Assembly: GCA_029953675.1 (NCBI GenBank)
Contig: JAMWBK010000004.1
Location: 3,038,001-3,102,000, forward strand
Direction: 5' to 3'
Length of the DNA: 64,000 nucleotides
Source: Rhodosorus marinus CCMP1338
Taxonomy: Eukaryota; Plantae; Rhodophyta
Shown: positions 61,867 through 64,000 of the stretch, in pieces
Layout of the letters: every line of letters begins with the position of its first letter
Numbering within the stretch: the stretch's first letter is position 1
Program-made: the position numbers and the translations under genes
The notes under the pieces: model-generated
Databases searched by the model: none
Seen by the model: only the letters and a program-made list of their open reading frames with translations
What the model was told of the DNA's origin: nothing

Positions 61867-63489
61867 TGAGCTCGAGAGTTCCCACTAAAACCCCATCCGA
61901 ACAACATGAATTCCCCCCCCTTCCACGAACCCTCGTTCACATCTCCATGTGGAGTATTTCCAGGGCTACCTCCAGCGAAAGAAATTTAAGATATCACGGC
62001 AAGACTTTTCCAAGTCGAGTCTGGCAGATTGTAGCCTAGGGGGGTGGCAGCTTTTCCAGATACGAGCTGATATTTCTTATCTACTTTGTCCACAGTGGGG
62101 TCATCCTCAAATTATCAAACTATACGACCAGGCCAATTTTAGTAGCACCCTGCCTCCCCCCCCCGCCTAGTTATCATGATGTATTCTAAATGAAGATTTT
62201 TTTTGTTCTTAAACCAAAGGATCGCACTTTTAGGTCTTCTAATCTGCCTTTTTTAGTATAGTCAAATTTTTTTGAATCGAGCGGTCAGAATTCTCTGAAA
62301 AAACCACTGTCTTGCCAAATGCCTAGCTGACCTTGATCTTTGTATCGTATAGCCATTCTGACATGACAATAAAGCGAAATCGGGCTCGTCGTTTCGAGCA
62401 TATTGAAAATGCTAAAATCTATTACCAGTTTTAGAGTTTTAGCTTCGTATCGTATAAGCTATGTTTCAACTGATTCAGTTGCCGGACTGTACTTAAGGCG
62501 GAGGAAGTGCCCGTGGAGGGACTGTTTGGGCGACTTGCTCTTCAGCTTAGTCAGTTTACCTCAATAACTCGAAAAACTCGGCAAACCGTGTGAATCCGTC
62601 AACGTTTCGATAGGCTCAGCTAACGGCCTACCGCCTGGGAATGCCTCCCGTTCTTCTCCCCCCCCTACGGCTTTTCATCCGGAGCTTGCTGGGATTGCGT
62701 CGTGCATACGCTGATTTCCCAAGTTAGAAAATAGTACCTTTTTTGAAAACGAAAGAGGGGGTGTTGCAGGGTTCTCAGCGTGGGGAGCGGATTAGTCACT
62801 TGAGCCCAAGCGACCAAGTTTCCAGATTCTTTCCTTGCATAATTTTCGGAAGCCCCTTTTTTGCCTGAGTCTAGACCGTTGTCCGTTGCAGGCTTCCGGT
62901 TTCTTTCACCGAGGGGTTACTTTTGCCTGGAAACAGTGACCTTGTCCAGCACTCCAATGTCAATTTTTTCTACCCCTGGGGTTCAAACGGAAATAAGGGA
63001 AAGGTTTGATGTAGTGTATGTAGATGGGCCGGAGGGCGGAGGGGGTTTACATTTAGTGGAGCCACAGTCCTTTTTTGTTGGATATCATGTCTCGGTAGGG
63101 AGATCGACCAAGAGGCCTCATAAATACTCCCGATTTTGCGACAGTTGCGCAAGTCCGGTCCACGCTGACGGGAGGGAACAGCGCTCGGGGCAAGGTAGCC
63201 GGATAGGAACGTGCTTCAGTCAAACCGGTGGGTGCTCAAAAATCGACATGCTCTGTCAATGGATGGTCTGCCCTCGAGGCGGAGGATTTACCGGCGTGGG
63301 TTGTTGACTATTATGCGACGTTTATTGTTAGATGACCCTCATGCAGGAGCGGTGTTGCATGGTCGGAGGGGTGGCATAGTGAGCGAGGTAGATCAGCTCA
63401 AGAAAGGTCCAATATCTAGTTTTGTTGCTGTTGGGTCGACTGTGGACTATATCATACGCATATTTGAAGAAACCGTAGGCTCAAGCAAA

Positions 63490-64000
63490 ATGTGGCGGAA
63501 GGAGTCCAGCGGTGCTGGAGATTCGGACAAAGCGCCGCTTAGGAAGACATATCCGCAGGCAGCGAGTGGGTATGACCTAAAGGAGCAGATTGGAAAGGGC
63601 AGCGCCGCCACTGTTTTCAAGTAAGCGCCGTACCGCAAGAACAGCTCTGTTGGAAAGCAGGAGTCTGTTATTTTTCTAGGTCCAAACAAAACTTACGCCT
63701 TCGATTTTGGCGCATTCCTCCTAGAGCATGGTGCGAGCAAGAACATGAGGAGGTCGCAATCAAGGTCATTGACCTGGAATGGTTTCAAGCTTCTCTTGAC
63801 GACATCTGGAAGGAAATTCAAGTCATGTCCCTTTCGTCTCACCCGAACGTGGTTCCTTACTCAACATCATTTGTTGATGGGACTGACCTATGGGTTGTGA
63901 TGCCGCTTCTCACCGGCGGCTCTGTTCAGTCGCTGCTCAATGGCTTGTTTCCAGGAGGTGAGCATGTGTGTCAGCCTCACAGAACTCGCGAGATCTCGGT
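63490..64000 (+). CDS. STE20-family kinase (OSR1/SPAK/BLUS1-like), 3'-truncated
   Basis: YDLKEQIGKGSAATVFK|AWC...EVAIKVIDLE...IWKEIQVMSLSSHPNVV.YSTSFV...LWVVMPLLTGGS. Confidence 0.92.

Noticed and set aside
62861-63307. 148-aa TTG-start ORF before the STE20 kinase
   Set aside because: G-rich leader-like sequence with no protein features.
354-63689. Most 60-200-aa ORFs in the supplied track
   Set aside because: They are antisense or off-frame shadows of the spliced genes, or low-complexity promoter sequence, with no recognisable motifs.
1-64000. tRNA, rRNA, spliceosomal snRNA genes and non-canonical (AT-AC, GC-AG) introns
   Set aside because: No cloverleaf with a T-loop or snRNA signature seen by eye, and every junction I resolved was GT-AG; tRNAscan/Infernal and transcript alignment would be decisive.

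Overview
Compact, intron-containing eukaryotic nuclear DNA (roughly balanced GC, short GT-AG introns mostly 45-130 nt). A POP-type organellar DNA polymerase, plastid-transit-like N-termini, a SHAQKYF-class MYB and a nucleus-encoded complex I Nad9 point to a plastid-bearing alga, most likely a red alga (inference). About 22 spliced genes can be rebuilt by hand: coiled-coil protein (runs off the left edge), GDA1/CD39 apyrase, an unknown spliced ORF, alpha-carbonic-anhydrase-like protein, FAD monooxygenase, DUF6816-like, BTB, EF-hand, TAD2, MED7, SmD2, GTPBP2-like, Nup35, UBE2W, RPF1, site-2 protease, eL42, RING-H2, NDUFS3, Ulp1/SENP, MYB, membrane DnaJ, POP, a PH-domain pseudokinase and a STE20/OSR1-like kinase (runs off the right edge). 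The most unusual item is a co-directional trio at 2.4-5.9 kb (CA-like, unknown 182-aa spliced ORF, apyrase) separated by 49 nt and by an ATGA stop/start overlap, which suggests polycistronic or termination-reinitiation expression; a second ATGA overlap precedes the EF-hand gene. Also notable: a CA with a His-His-Gln metal site, a CaMKK-like pseudokinase, a MITE-like element with 37-bp inverted repeats, several small repeat/hairpin elements, a recurring TACCCCTG(A/G)A intergenic motif and several multi-kb blocks with splice signals but no recognisable gene. No rRNA, tRNA or CRISPR could be supported. All gene models are manual and unverified by transcripts.
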